64,000 bases of DNA. It comes from Eledone cirrhosa (lineage: Eukaryota). Position numbers and translations under genes: made by a program. The notes under the pieces are model-generated. The model was not told the origin of the DNA. It did no database searches and saw only the letters and a program-made list of their open reading frames with translations. The DNA is taken from positions 7,502,001 to 7,566,000 of the forward strand of contig OZ024743.1 in NCBI GenBank assembly GCA_964016885.1, given 5' to 3'. Below are positions 25,093-39,255 of this stretch, piece after piece; positions within the stretch are counted from its first letter, which is position 1, and every line of letters begins with the position of its first letter.

Positions 25093-26269
25093 CTCACATG
25101 CACACACAGACACAGAGACACACACACAGACACAGAGACACACACACATATATATATAACATAAACTAGCAGAAAAATGCTAGTATGTATAAATACTGTA
25201 AACGTGTGTGTAGGAATCGTCAGGAAATGAGTATGTTAACTGGCTATACTAAAAAGAGAGACTATTATATGGTTAAATGATTGAAAGTGAGGAAACTTGT
25301 GATGTTCGTCGGAAAATAGTATCGCAAAGAATTCAGTTTGTGGAATATATTTGACTTATACTCTTCGTCAAGGCATAAAAATTGTTATACTTTTTCAACT
25401 ATTATTGTAGAATATGGCTGTTTTCTTCTGCAATATATTGTAATGGTTTATCGATCACAAAATCTCGGTTAAATTGTGATTACTACTAAAGTAATATTAT
25501 AGGAAATAGAAAACGAAACTAAGTTTTATGTCATGTAAATTGTACATGTAACATATTAGCCTCAATAAAAATAAAGAACACGATTATAGAGGGGAAGTTG
25601 ACAAATTATGACAGTTTGGGATAGAAGTTTGGAATTGAATGAGAGCAATCCAGTATCTGTCTAAGATTAACTATAAAAACAATTACTTTATACTGCTTCT
25701 TGATTCAACCAGAAGATTTAGAAATGTCGATTTTGAGGTGATCTGGCAATAAACACGAGAAAGTAAAGTTGAATAACTATAACTAAATAAAATTTGGGTA
25801 ATTATATATGTCTTTTAAAGAGAAACATTTGCCTGACTCTAACATAGTGTTTCATGAAATAACTAGAAATACATTGATAAATTTGTTATAAAATCAACCA
25901 GGTAACGTTAGAAATAGTGAAGTAACTAAAGAAACTGACATTGAAATAAGTGAACTAACAAGAGACAGATTAAAAACAAAATAACAAAAATACACCAACT
26001 AATAATAAAAAATTATAGTAATAAGAGGATAATTCAAAATACAAATGTAAAAACAAAAGTATAAAGGGACATCATGTTTATGTATGTATGTATGGTCCTG
26101 TAACTCCTGGTAGAGTCATAGGGGCGCCGTATTGACATACAGCATTTCTTGGGCATTTTAAGCCTGGCGGAACCCATCTCTCTTCAGGCCTGAGTACAGC
26201 AGAGTTCTTCCAGAGAGAGGAAGAAAGTGAGAGAGAGGAAATGAGAAAAAGATATAGACGAAGAATAGA

Positions 26270-26425
26270 CCTCAGTACTAGACTGGTACTTTTTTTTTTA
26301 TTTACCTCGAAATGATGAAAGGCAAAGTTGACCTTGGCAGGATTTGAACTCAGAGAGCAGAGCCGGAAAGAATGCCATAAAGCATTCTATCCGACCTTCT
26401 AACGACTCTGGCAATTCGCCGCCTT
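26270..26425 (-). mobile_element. Meta-like SINE copy (others at ~20490-20640 and ~21890-22020, -)
   Basis: GATGAAAGGCAAAGTTGACC...GATTTGAACTCAG is the reverse complement of the 16036 family core and B-box. Confidence 0.75.
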
Positions 26426-26503
26426 AAACATGTCTATACCAGAGACACATTGAGGAGATGGGCGTATGAATATAATGAAATAAAATTATATATTTGAGTG
26501 TAT

Positions 26504-26573
<70 letters not shown>

Positions 26574-26611
26574 GAAAGAAATATTAAAATGCACGAAGAA
26601 TAAAGTATTGA

Positions 26612-27030
26612 ACAGCGACACGTTCTTCGCTTCCAGCTTAGTCGCTTCGGCTACAAACCCCGGTACTGCGGCCCACAATGAAGAGGAAAGGAAGACCAAC
26701 AAATACCGCCCAATTTCTCTTCGCTCTGGTCACCGACGAAACCTCAGGCGTACTTGGACCCCGAACTGCCGAGCTCATCCGCAAGATCGGAACGTCAGCA
26801 GCTCGTCTGAGGAAGGAGCCCCGCGAGGTGGGCTAGCTGTTGCAGCGAGGGTCGCTAGCCATTGTCTGCGGAAATGTTTTTGCGGTCTTGTCCTCGTGGC
26901 GGAGTCCCAACACAGCCGTGTCCTAGACCTAGAGCCGACTCTCTCTCCCTCCAATTTTTCTGTGACCCTAGAGCCCTTGCCCTTCCCTTCCCTTTCCGTT
27001 TTTAAATATCTGTAGTGTTATTCTTATTTG
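26612..27030 (+). mobile_element. 3' fragment of a CRE-like non-LTR element (restriction-like endonuclease)
   Basis: SDTFFAS...PGTAAHNEEERKTNKY, then after a frameshift DETSGVLGPRTAELIRKIG...EPRE...LLQRGSLAIVCGN, resembling the CRE RLE C-terminus. Confidence 0.7.
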
Positions 27031-28050
27031 AAATAGATTTGTTCATGATTTTCTTGATGTTATTCACAAAGAAGACGCAGATAAATCTCACGCAAATAAA
27101 TATCATATAATATAAGAAAAACAAATTTTAATAACTTATGGTGGTGAAGCGATGCTGGAATGTCAGTAGTCGGCAGCTTAGGAAAAGTATAATGAATACA
27201 GAAAGATGATAGAGTCGTGTATTTATGATTTCCAATATTTTCTTTTTATTTAATTCTTCATAAAATAAGAGTCTAAGACGAATCAAATAAACGCGTTTGA
27301 CCGCGCTAGATTTAGCGCGGCAGATAGATAGATAGATAGAGAGAGAGAGGCAGAAAGAGAAGAGAGAGAAGCAGAAAAAGAAGAATGAGAGAGAGAGAAA
27401 GAGTGAGTGAGAGAGAGAAGCAGAAAGAGAAGAGAGAGAGAGAGAGAAGCAGAAAAAGAAGAGAGAGATAGCGACAGATAGAGAGAGAAAGGCAGAAAGA
27501 GAAGAAAGAGAGCGAGAGAGAAAGCGACAGAGAGAGAGAGGGAGAGAGACAGAGACAGGCAGATAAAACGTCACTATGGTCAGCCTTGGCCATAGCCAGT
27601 CGTATGGCTCACTGTTACATATACATGCTTCTGGTGTGTGCCTACTTCTGTCTGGAATTGTCACTACGTGTCTATCCATATTTACATAGGCAGTTAATCA
27701 TCTTCTCGTCTGGTCATCAAAGAGCGCGAAATTTGTTTTATTTTTGGCGCAAAACTGTTGAAAATCATGAAGAAGACGGGAAAATGGCCGCGACTGTTGA
27801 AATGTAAAAACCATACATGTAAAAGGAAAAGAAAGACTTCGTAGGAAATTAGAAGCAGAGAAATAGAAAACCATATCATCTCCTTTCAGCACGAATGTCT
27901 TTCATCTAAACATTTTCAAAAGTATATACTTAACCCCAAACGTCACAAAAAATCCATCTTCAGTTTAGCTAGTCTTGGCAAAAGCTTAATGCATCAACAA
28001 ACACGATAGAAGTCGAAGGTATGTTCACAAAAAATTGGTAACAGGTTGTA

Positions 28051-28112
<62 letters not shown>

Positions 28113-28615
28113 CAGTCAGTCAGTCAGTCAGTGACTTAACGTGATATGCAAATAGAAAGAGAGATACGAGACCATGTGATTATTGTTATTGATTATCGAT
28201 AACTGCCTTTTTGTCATTCCAACCCAAGATGAGAAAAAATATTGGAACAATTTTTCAACAATATGTATATATAAAAGAAGAAATATCTAGAATATGGCGC
28301 TTTGAATATAAATAGCCTAATAGAGGGTGAAGTTTGACTAATGAAAATAGATAGATAGCCATTACATGAAAATATACTGTAATTAACTCACTCAAATATT
28401 CATGATATTTTTATGAGTTAATACAATCAGAGCAGTATAAGCAAATACACATACATATACACACGCACACACACATATACCCCCCCCCCCACACATATAT
28501 ATATTTATATATATAGGCCCACACATACAAAATTAAAACACTCGTATAAAAAGTATGAATTGTGAAGCTGTCTTGGAGACGATGTAGGTAATTGCTTAAA
28601 TAAAGGAAATCATTA

Positions 28616-28745
28616 TTGGCAGTATCAGTAGAGGGTCGGACGCCATGCTTTGACGCAAAGAGTTACGTCCCTTTCCATTCTGAGTTCAAATCCCGCCGAG
28701 GTTAACTTTGCCTTTCATCCTTACGGGGTCGATAAAATAAAGCAC
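28616..28745 (+). mobile_element. Meta-like SINE copy
   Basis: Matches the 16036 family head and core. Confidence 0.8.
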
Positions 28746-28807
28746 AAATATAAATATGGCAAAATGGGAGTTGGGGTAGGGCTGAAAACAGAAGCAATTT
28801 TTGCAAT

Positions 28808-28988
28808 AGAGGTAAAATTCCGTTAGAACGAATACCATTATAACGAATTCTAACGAAATTTTTTAAAGCCACGAGGTAATAACAAACAAACGCTCGATTT
28901 GTTTCAGTCCATCTCGTTATAAAGAATTTTTCATTATAACGAATTTTTTAATATCCCGTGAATTTCGTTATAACGGAATTTCACTGTA
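28808..28988. mobile_element. Pogo/Tigger-like MITE
   Basis: TIRs AAATTCCGTTAGAACGAA and TTCGTTATAACGGAATTTCACTGTA; internal TTATAACGAA subrepeats; right end CACTG-TA. Confidence 0.7.
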
Positions 28989-29169
28989 ATAGGTATCTTT
29001 GGAGAGATAAAAAAAAAACCACGTAGGTAAATACATAACCCAAACCCCTAGACTTATGTTTTTATGCACAAGACCCGCTCAACCTCACACTACTGATATA
29101 TTATGTTGCGTACTTTCAATACAATATAAAATGAAAAACTAAACAAAAAAACCTGCACATGCGCAATAA

Positions 29170-29552
29170 TGATTTCTACTATAGGCACAAGGCCAGCAAT
29201 TTTGTGAGAAGGGACAGTCGATTAAATCGACCTCAGTGCATTTCTGGTGCTTTATTTTATCGACCGCAAGGATGAAGGGCAAAGCAAACCTCGACGGGAT
29301 TTGAACTCAGATCGTAAAGGGCCGTAACCCTATGCTGTAAAGCATGGTGAAAATACTGAATAATAGTTGTTTCGACTTTTTGGCACAAGGCCAGCAATTA
29401 TCCAGTGCATTACTGGTATTTTATTTTATCGACCCCGTAAGGATGAAAAGCAAAGTTAACCTCGGCGGGATTTGAACTCAGAATGGCAAGGGCCGTAACT
29501 CTATGCGTCAAAGCATGGCGTCCAACCCTCCACCGATACTGCCAACCCACCG
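29170..29552 (-). mobile_element. Two adjacent Meta-like SINEs
   Basis: Reverse-complement matches to the 16036 family at ~29170-29345 and ~29370-29552. Confidence 0.85.
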
Positions 29553-29926
29553 CATAATAATGATAATACTCGTTCCAACAAAATATATATTTCCACCCTC
29601 AAACTTTTTAGATGTGATCATCATTCGGCTTCTTTTACCTTAGCTATCAGGCAGAAGACTTGCCTCGCTTTTCTTCTAAAGGAAAACGATTGTTCATTTT
29701 TCACTAAAGACGCGGCTGATAGCCAGATCTCTTCTATACTTGTAAGCTGTTTTTCAACAGAAATCCACAAATCGGCAATGCATGGAACTTGCTGATAGCG
29801 TGTAGTATGGATTCATCGCATTGTGTGTATCCCAGAGGAGTTCAGCTGTTGGCAATTCGGTGCCTGTAGAAATCGAATTGGTAATGCCACTTTTGTAGCA
29901 TTGCCATATTAGGGATTCTTTTAAAC

Positions 29927-30293
29927 CAGTGGATCTCAAACTTTTGGGGCCACTGCCCCACTCTCGGCCGCGTAATACCCTCAGCGCGCCCCCAACCAGA
30001 GACACCTGCCAACACGCAAATTGTAAATAATATATAATAAATAAAACCGTCAATTTATATATAATAAACAATATAATATATACTATGTATAAATAAATAT
30101 TATATATTTTTTAAATTTTACTATATTATATAGTAAAATATCATTTATATATGAAATATCATTTGATATTTAATATACTAATATATCATCTCTACCTCCC
30201 CACAACGCGCCCGTTGGCCCCAACGATCTCTGGACCTTCTCAACGCTACCAGGGTGGGGGTGGGGGAAGTAGCGCCCAGTTTGAGAACCTCTC
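29927..30293. mobile_element. hAT (Charlie-like) MITE
   Basis: TIRs CAGTGGATCTCAAAC and GTTTGAGAACCTCTC; 8-bp TSD TTTTAAAC at 29919-29926 and 30294-30301. Confidence 0.8.
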
Positions 30294-32849
30294 TTTTAAA
30301 CAAATGAAAGCAACACAAGAGAACCCATAAGACACAAAATCTATAAGCCACCACAAATAAAGAGATAACAATACAACAAAAACGAGTAAATATACCATAA
30401 CTGAGCCATATCAAACAATAAAATTACTACATAACCCACCACACTAAAGAGAATTACAGCAAAACAAACCAGACAGAAAAATAAGGAACTAAAATTAAAT
30501 TATGACAAAGATAGTAAAATTCCCCACGGTAACCAAATACACAACGACAGTAAAAATATTTCCTCGACCTCCACAATTGACATGTGGTTATTCAATCTTC
30601 TAGAAATAACAGCTAGATTTGTCTCAAATTATACTCTGCTGTCTAGGGAAAGTAAAGGAAACATTAGTTAATGTAGTCCTAATTACTCCCGAATATACGG
30701 TAATGACCAGAATGCATTTGATTATAAATTTACTCAATAAAGGCAGTCCCAGTGTTATACAATAACAACAACAAATACATTATTACAGATCAATGAGAGT
30801 TAACATCGAGACCTACCTAAAACACAGCTCTACAAAATATTGACCATAGAGCCCTGGAAGAAATTCTGTTTACGGAAACAACCTACCCGAATAACATCAG
30901 ATAGATCAGATAGATTGATCTAACTTCGTTAGTTTTAGTAGTGAAAGGGAGAAAAGACTATAACTTGAAAAAACAATAAAACAAACAAACAAACAATCAA
31001 ATATCTAAAAGTATAATATCAATAAAAAGAAGATACTCTAAGAAAAAGAAAAACTTAGAGAAATCCTTCGAGAAAAGGCATGTGGGACAAGGTGCCTAGT
31101 AAAACGAAAGATTTTGCAGAAATATTAAAAATAAAGAAAAATATGCGGCTCAAGAAGACACATTAATATCAACGACAGTTCAAACATGGAACAAAAGAAT
31201 CAGCACAATAAAAAAGAACAATTGATTAGAAAGGAAAAAAAAGAAAAGCATAGCTCACTATAACCGAAAAGAGACTCACAAACACTTTAAGAATTGCAAG
31301 CAACTGGAAAGCCTCCAGGATTGGCAAACTGCCCAATTTCTAATCGAAGCATTTCACCAGTACTCATAAATCTATACGAGCATCATTCAATGAACTGGTA
31401 AACGTCAATAGTGTCAACAGCTCAATGGTAGCTGGAGTGGTGATGATGGTGACTGAGAACCATCTTAAATTGGAGAAACAAAAACACCGGAGATCCCCAA
31501 TAACCTACAATTTTTTAGGCCTTTATTCTAACAATATCCTCAATCAGAAAGGGCATACAGCGTTCCAGAAAGGGATGCATACTTGTAAAAAGTAGCTACC
31601 GATGAACCTAGCTATTTTAGAAGACAGGAAAAAAACAAAAAAAACTCCAATGAGGCGTAAATTGATTACTGAAAATCTTCGATGATATAATAATGGTAAA
31701 AGTAGCTCAACTATAAATAGAATGCATCTACCATGCTATGCCATGCTAAAATAGGAAACAGTCATAATATTGCAAGACCAACGATGATTACAACCAGATC
31801 TATGCCCATAAAAAGAGGAATATTTCGGGGAGATTTCTTGCCACAAGTTTTGACTCCATTAAAAAAATCTACCGAATGAAACTACCAATATAAATAAATT
31901 TACAAACGGACATATTAAACATTTCCGCTATATGGATGATCTAAATTTATTTACAAGTGTCAATTACCAATTGCTCATAAATTCAGCCAAGGTATAAAAA
32001 TATGTGTGGGTTTAGACAAACAGACCACAGCTATTATAAGTAGGGGCAAAATGAACTAAAATTGGAAATATCAAATTTGATCCTGACATTTAGGCCAGAA
32101 CCATCCATACTTAAAAGTAGATTAAAATACGTTAAAATGCTTGAAAACAAATGAAAGAGAGAGAGAGAGAGAGAGTGGGGGGGGGGGGGGGAGAAAGAAT
32201 CACAGAAGAATCAAACTTATTAAACCTTTAGTGCTAGAAATAAAACAACAGGTATAAATAATCTAACCTCTGTTATAGATTCGACATTACAATTTTCAAG
32301 TTAATCAGATTAAAGGGCTAAAACAGAAAAAAACAAATAAACAAAAACAAACAACTACCAATAGCGTACCGAAGTCATATTCCAAAAATTGATACAAATA
32401 AGATTGATATACACAGGGAGGCTTGATGAAAAATAGAGAAATATTCCAAAGTAACATCAGTGGGACTAGAAAAGTACTTAAAAGCAAGCAAAGGAAAAGG
32501 TATTACTGTAATAAAGTAATACGAAAAAATAATTACTCTACGTTTAAAGTATAAACTAGAAATTAACTACAGGAAAGAAAAAAAATGTTAAAACATAAAA
32601 AATTGATAAAATAAAAGACAATAAATATCAAAACGGAATTCAAAAATATACTAAAGAGAAAATAAGGGGAAAAATATTCAAGGCCGAATAAATACCCTGC
32701 AGAACTTGACAGAAATGACGTAAGCTTCAGTGAAATACAACAATGGCTTAACAAATCTGGGTTAAAATCAGAAACGAAAAATCTGATTTCAACCACACAG
32801 TATCAATGCTTAATAAATAATTACAATAAAAATAAATAAAGATTTCTAG

Positions 32850-33050
32850 AATAGGCACAAGGCTAGTAATTTAGGGGGAGGAGAAAGTCTATTAAATCAA
32901 CCCCAGTACTTTACTGGTGCTTTATTTTATTGACCCCGTAAGGATGAAAGGCAAAGTTAACCTCGGCGGGATTTGAACTCAGACCGCAAACATAACTCTA
33001 TGTTGCAAAGCATGGCGTCTGACCTTCTACTGATACCGCCAACCGACCGC
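32850..33050 (-). mobile_element. Meta-like SINE copy
   Basis: Near full-length reverse-complement match to the 16036 family. Confidence 0.85.
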
Positions 33051-33354
33051 CCTACAATAAAAATAAATAATGAAACAAGTGACTAACATAAAGTGAAGAT
33101 TATGCAATCAGTACAAGTAAATAATTGACAACATGATTTATGGCCGTGCAGCCCTTGCAGAGTCCCAATATAACTATAGATACGAACGAGTCGGTAGCTA
33201 TGATCGCTGAGCAATCTTACAGTCGATCAACAAGATCCCATACCTCATTCGCTTAACGAGTAGAGTGGAACTCAGAAAATCTGACCGAGGAAGCATTGTT
33301 TCCATTGGTCTTTCCAATTGCTAATACTATCTACCGGTCGCAAATCCAGGCAGA

Positions 33355-33475
33355 AGGAGCAACGTGAAATAAAGTGTTTTTCTCGAGGGCGTAACGCATC
33401 ACCCGGTCCTGGAATCGAACTCACACCTCACGATTGTGGAATACAATTCTCTAACCACTCAGCGACGTGCCTTCA
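33355..33475 (-). mobile_element. CORE-like SINE head
   Basis: Minus strand reads CGCTGAGTGGTTAGA (A box), GTTCGATTCC (B box), then CACTTTATTTCACGTTGCTCC. Confidence 0.7.
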
Positions 33476-34085
33476 CTAAAGGCGAGCAATACGGCGATAT
33501 AAAGATGAACAAATCGTATAAACAAGTTCCAAACACGGAACATGACAATGATCTGGCCTGAACAAAGTGGAATATAGCTGTCTACAATAAGAAGGAGATT
33601 AAAAGCCAACTGCCCAGGCTTAATTATCAAGGATCCGAATTTTCAAACTTTCTTCTATGAAAGGTTACAGGGTTCCTTACATTGAATGTAGGATTTAATT
33701 CTGTATAAGATGTCACTCATTTCTAAGAGGGTCGTAGGGGAAGAGTCCCCAGAATTAGTTGGTAAAGTAACATGGTAAGCTATATATTTAACAACACAGC
33801 TAGAGTCCAGGAAGCTTAATATTAGGATTCATACAATTGAATAGTATTTCGAGTGTTTAGCTCAGAAAGTTTGTAATAGTAAATTTAATAGCATTATGGT
33901 CTGTCTGTCTTTGATAGTAGACGTCTTGCACATCGCCTCTTCCATTTGGAATCTTTACTTGGATTATTTGTGAGTGTATTATTTAAATTGTTTTTCTATT
34001 ATTGACTCTAACCCCTAGTCTGGGACTGTAGACGTAGGGTAAATATATTTTCACCCCTTTTGGGGTGAAAAATATTTAATTCAAA

Positions 34086-35501
34086 ATGTTCATCGATATC
34101 GTGGAAAACGATGTCGTCGAAAACGAGGAAGCCATATTGGAAGCTAACGCCACGCCTACCAAAAAAAGCAAGAAATAGGGAACAACAATTCAAACTGTTG
34201 AACAGCCCCTCCTCTCGAATGAAAAAAAGAATATTAATTCGAATGAAAACCTAAATTTTGAAGAAAAAAATAACAAGAAAATAAACACCACAAAAGATGA
34301 AACCAACAACATTGCAACAACAAGCAACAAAGACAACACAATTTCTTTTGCCCAAACGGTCAGGACAGCTATAGAGTACAAGCCAATAGACATCACAAAC
34401 GCCAAGCAGAACTTGCTAATTGCCAGAAAATACATATCTTTTGGGGAGGATGGTTCTTTTACGATCAACTCCCCAGAAGAAGTTCGCCAACAGGTATATA
34501 GGAATACCATAACCTTCAGAACGATATCCAACACAACAAGAAAGCCAGCTCAATTGACAGAAAGTCAAATTGAGCTGGTGCTGAAAGAAATTAAAGAAAA
34601 CATACTTTTTATTGAAAGAGGAAAGCTGTATGCCAGCATTATGGTCCGAATGAAGGACGAAATGCTGGCTCAAAAATTCTCGGTGGCACCTATAGTGTCA
34701 CCACAATACACCTTCTTCCCCACGTATAAAGGAAGAAGAACTCAGAGACTAAGAATGTGGAGTCCAACGCCAGAAGTTAACATCTGGTCCGTCCTGACAG
34801 GATTTACGGACCTAGAAAAGGACATCCTTATATCAGCAGGGGAGCCCATCAGTGGACTGTTCGGGGGAAAAAGTCTGGAGGTTCTCTTACAGATAACACC
34901 TGAGAGAATCGCCGGAATACCCGACCGAGTCCTACTGGATGGGCGAACCTTCATCAATATTACGGTGGAAGGCAGGAGACCCTCATGTTACCACTGCGCT
35001 GGCAGAGGTCACCTGAGGACAGCCTGCCCTCTACTAACAACAAAAAAACCACTGCTACAAACACAACAACAACAACAAAAACAACCAGCACCACCACCAC
35101 AAAAACAACAAAATACACTACCATCACCACAACAACGACAACAAAAACCAACAACACCACCTCCACAACAACAACATCAACAACAGCTCAAGAAAACAAC
35201 CCAAAACACGGTCCCACCCAGCCCCTCCCCACAGAACACAAATACAAAAACACACGCAGTTCATACACAACCCGGAAATATACCCCTCCCCTCCAATACG
35301 GAAGAGGAGCTCATATCGTCGGAAGACGAGGGGGCTCCCTTCCAAAAAGTGAAAAGAAAAAAACGTACACACACCACACAAACAAAAATAACCCCACCTG
35401 ACAACACAACACAGACAACAAAACGCAAACCCACTCAAGAACAACAAGCAAAAACAAACAACAACACAAAAACTCTACACATACATAAACAAAAACAATA
35501 A
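34086..35501 (+). pseudogene. Tx1 ORF1 (gag-like, CCHC zinc knuckle)
   Basis: ATG at 34086 is in frame with the 34413-35501 ORF, with one TAG at 34176-34178; CYHCAGRGHLRTAC knuckle; Q/P/T-rich tail. It may have extended further before decay. Confidence 0.8.
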
Positions 35502-35841
35502 AAACCTAACAGAAAAAATAGAAAACAACCCTTCGGTTCAAACCGAAGGGCCGAATTTTGCAACGGCAATGGGACTCCCTAACCTGAAAATGGTGAAAGT
35601 CCCACTTGACATTTTCAAAACTTGGAAAAACATTTACCCTGAGGACGTGGGGCCACCCTGCACCAGGCCACTCAACCGCATCCTCCTGAAAGGTTTTCCC
35701 CGCCCCCTCCTCAAACATCCACAACTTCAAACACCCCAACTCCTCCACACACTAATACCCCCACACCACCACCAACCATGGAAACTGAGCAGGCCGGGTC
35801 CGGGACGCAGAGAGGTAAGTGCCTCTTTCTTTGCCACCAAC

Positions 35842-38800
35842 ATGGCTGTGTTAAGAGTAGGTTGTCTAAATGCGCGTGGCCTGGGCTCACCTTGGAAGCA
35901 AGCTAAACTTCTAAATGACCTCAGGTCACAATGTATAAATGTGATGGTTATTTGCGAGGCCCGGATCAGCAGCGTGCGACAGCTAGCCCCCACCTTTGAT
36001 GACTTTGAGATGCACGCATCTCTCTGTCAGCCCGGAGGTGGGGGTGGGGTTGTCGTTCTGCTGCAAAAACATCTGGGTCTCGCTATACAGACGGTACACT
36101 TGGACCCAGAGGGTCGACTCGTGGTTCTGGACGTTGGCAATGGTGAAGGCGAAGCTTTTAGGCTTGTCGCCGTATACGCCCCTTTTGGAGCAATGCGGTC
36201 GGATTCTTCCATCGTCTGGAGACTTTTCTAGGGACGTCCCGTTCCTTGCTTTTAGTGGGGGACTGGAATGGTATCCTAGATGCACGTTGGGATTATGTAG
36301 GGGAATGTCCCGATAGAGGGGGGTGTAACAGCCTCAAGGGGTTAATCGGCCGATTTGACCTGGCCGATAGATACCGACTAGATTTTCCGACTGTGCCAGC
36401 CTGGACTTGGTCAAATAACACTGGTCAATCTAGATCGTACCTAGATAGATTCTTAGTTAGAATTAAGGATAGGGACTTTTTAAGTTGTCCAGAAATGCTC
36501 ATGGTGGGCTATTCAGACCACAAGTTAGTGACCTGCGTAGTCCACCTTGATAGAACGCATAGGCAGGGACCCGGTTACTGGAAGCTCAACTTGTCCTTAC
36601 CGGCAAGTAGAGCTTACAGGGACCGGATTAGAACCTCAGTTAAGGAGCGGTTGACGGGCGCCATCGTCAACAGCAGGTGGTGGGGCTCTCTAAAAAGAGA
36701 GATTAGAGTAGTTTCAATAGGAGTTAGCCTCAGATAGAAATAGGAAGGAAAGGGAGTTGGTAGTTAATGTTGAAGAGGCAATGAGAAGCGGCAACGTGGC
36801 CAGAGTGCAAGCGTCGAGAACGGCCTTGAACCAGTTCTTCGACGCGAAACACGAAGGCTGCGTTGTCCGAAGCAAAATACGTGCTCTGGGAAACGAGGGG
36901 ACCAAAGCTGTTAGCTGGGCCCGCGTGACAGAAGCGAAAAGTGGGATTAAATCCACTATCCGGTCTTTGCGAGACCAGGATGGACGGGTGATCCTTGAAC
37001 CTAAGCAAATGCGGGAGGGCTTTCAAAGGCACTTTGCCCGATTGTTCGGGAGGGGCGGGGGGCCGGTTGGAGATGTGGATTTTGGTCCATACCTCGACGG
37101 CCTGCCGCGTCTTTCGGACAAGGAGGCGAGGTCCTGCGACGGACCGATCTCAGCTGCTGAAATAGGGGACGTGCTGAGCCTATGCGGCAAACGCAAATCT
37201 CCAGGGCTCGATGGTCTGCCCTACGAACTATATATTAATATGCCGGACTTGTTCCCCGATCTCCTCGAGGCAGTCTACTGCAACTGGCAACAGAACGGGA
37301 GAATTCCCTGTTCTGTGACCAAGGGCGTAGTCTCGCTAGTGAGGAAGGACGAGAACAAGGGGGATGATATTAGTAATTTTAGGCCCATAACTCTGCTAAA
37401 TGCAGAGTTAAAGATTTTGGCCAAGGTGTTAGCGAAGAGGTTGGCGCTTGTCATGGGGGGCCTGGTGGGAGATGCGCAGACATGCGCTATCCCATCCAGG
37501 TCCATCCACGACAACCTCCACCTCATGCGATACATCATAGAGATGGTTGGGAACGAACCCGGCTTTGGTGGGGCCCTGATAAATTTAGATCAGTCTAAAG
37601 CGTTCGATAGGGTGGACCATGGTTACCTGGATGTGGTGCTAGCGGCGGCTGGGTTCGGACCCGTTTTCAGAGGCTGGATCACTGCCATGCACAGCAGCCG
37701 CATCTGCTCTAGAGTCAAGGTGAACGGCTACCTTTCGGAGCCGTTCGAAATCATCCGCTCCATACGACAGGGATGCCCTCTCTCCTCCCTTCTGTATGTA
37801 TTGGCTCTCGAGCCACTACTGCGGAAGTTGGAGTTGTTGCAGGGCATCCCTTTGGAACCGGGATTGCGCAAAGCGGTGTCGGCCTATGCCGATGACGTAA
37901 CAGTAATGGTGTCGACCACCTCGGAAATCGAGGCAATCGGCACCTTACTGGAGGAGTACGAAAGGTTGACAGGGGCTAAGCTGAACCGGGACAAGTCAGT
38001 CGCTTTGCAACTCGGTGAGTGGAGGGGCAAAGCGATGTCGTCCGACGGTATCGTCGGATGGTGAACGGAGGGCCCGGTGAAGTTGCTTGGGGTCTGGTTC
38101 GGACCGGACCTCCAGGTGGAGAAAAACTGGGGTGAGGTGACGAATAGGGTGTTTGCACTGACCCAGAAGTGGGCCGAGTGCAAACTATCCCTGAAAGGTC
38201 GGGCGGAGGTGGTGAACTCTTACATAGCGTCCGTCATCTATTACCGCTTGACTGTCGTGCCTTGCCCGGGTGAGATCCTCGCCAAAATGGAGCGCGCCCT
38301 CTTTTATTTCCTTTGGAAAAAGAGGTCTCCTCTGGTGAGGAGATCCATCTGCTGTCAACACCCTTTGAAAGGAGGGCTGGGGTTGCCGTGGCTAAAAATG
38401 CGTAAACACGCATTGAGGCTAAGGCACCTCCAGGTATTCCTCACTGGTCAACCGGTGTGGGCCCCGTTTGTGAGGCGAGCCTTCCCGAGGCTCGTCTCGC
38501 TCACCGAGCTGCAGTCCTGGGTAAAGCAAAGACCGAGAAAACTGGGCGACTGGCACACCGAGTGTGCCCAGGCGCTCACGGCTCTCTGGCAGGCGGACCC
38601 GGCTATCGACGGAGACTCCACCTCGTCATTCTATAGAGGGCTGGTGGTTAGCGGGTGCGACGACGCCCTCGGAGAAACCCTAGGCATGGAGGAGGACGAA
38701 CTGGCCAGTCTATTCGGTAGGACTTTCGGCCCGGGACCTATGGACAACTTCCAGAAGTCCTTGGCCTGGCAGTGCTACCGAGGGGCCCTGCCCGTTCGGG

Positions 38801-39255
38801 ATAAGCTCTACAGACACGGGCGCCCGGGTAGGGACCCCTCGAAAAAGATCTGTCCCAGATGCGTGCGCGACGAGGAAACCGTCGCGCACGCACTGGTGCA
38901 CTGCCCGGGCGTTGCCGATCTGTGGGGCTATGTCGAACAACTGCTGTCACGGGTGGGACCAATTAGGTTGACCACCGAGTCCATTGTAACGATCAAGCCC
39001 CCCCCCCCTTCGAAAATGAAGGAGAGGCGGTCTTCCTCTGTGTAATAGCCATGGTAAAAGAGGTTATATGGTGGACGCGTCTGAAAGGGCTGATGTCGGA
39101 CACCTTTCTCTCCGGCCAACAACTGGTCCTTTTCTTCCGATACCATTTCGGAAGAAGGATCAGGATGGAGAGAGAGGTGCTCCACTCCAGCCAGTTTTGT
39201 GAAAGTTGCGAGAATGGTCCGTGTGAATGGGCCTTCTCTCTACCTCAGCCTGTAG
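35842..39255 (+). pseudogene. Tx1 ORF2 (AP endonuclease + RT + Cys domain), disrupted
   Basis: MAVLRVGCLNARGL, GDWN, YLDRF, SDH; KSPGLDGL, FRPITLLN, DQSKAFDRV, RQGCPLS, YADD; CPRC...H...C. Lesions near 36200, 36735, 38062 (TGA) and 39000. Confidence 0.92.

Larger units (their letters stand above)
30760..33620 (+). pseudogene. Highly decayed R4/Dong-like non-LTR retrotransposon
   Basis: KRGIFRGD at ~31812 and YMDDLNLF at ~31930; interrupted by SINEs; boundaries approximate. Confidence 0.55.

Noticed and set aside
35569-36231. ORF1-ORF2 fusion protein in Tx1
   Set aside because: The copy carries several frameshifts, so in-frame continuity upstream of the ORF2 ATG may be a decay artefact; a family consensus is needed.
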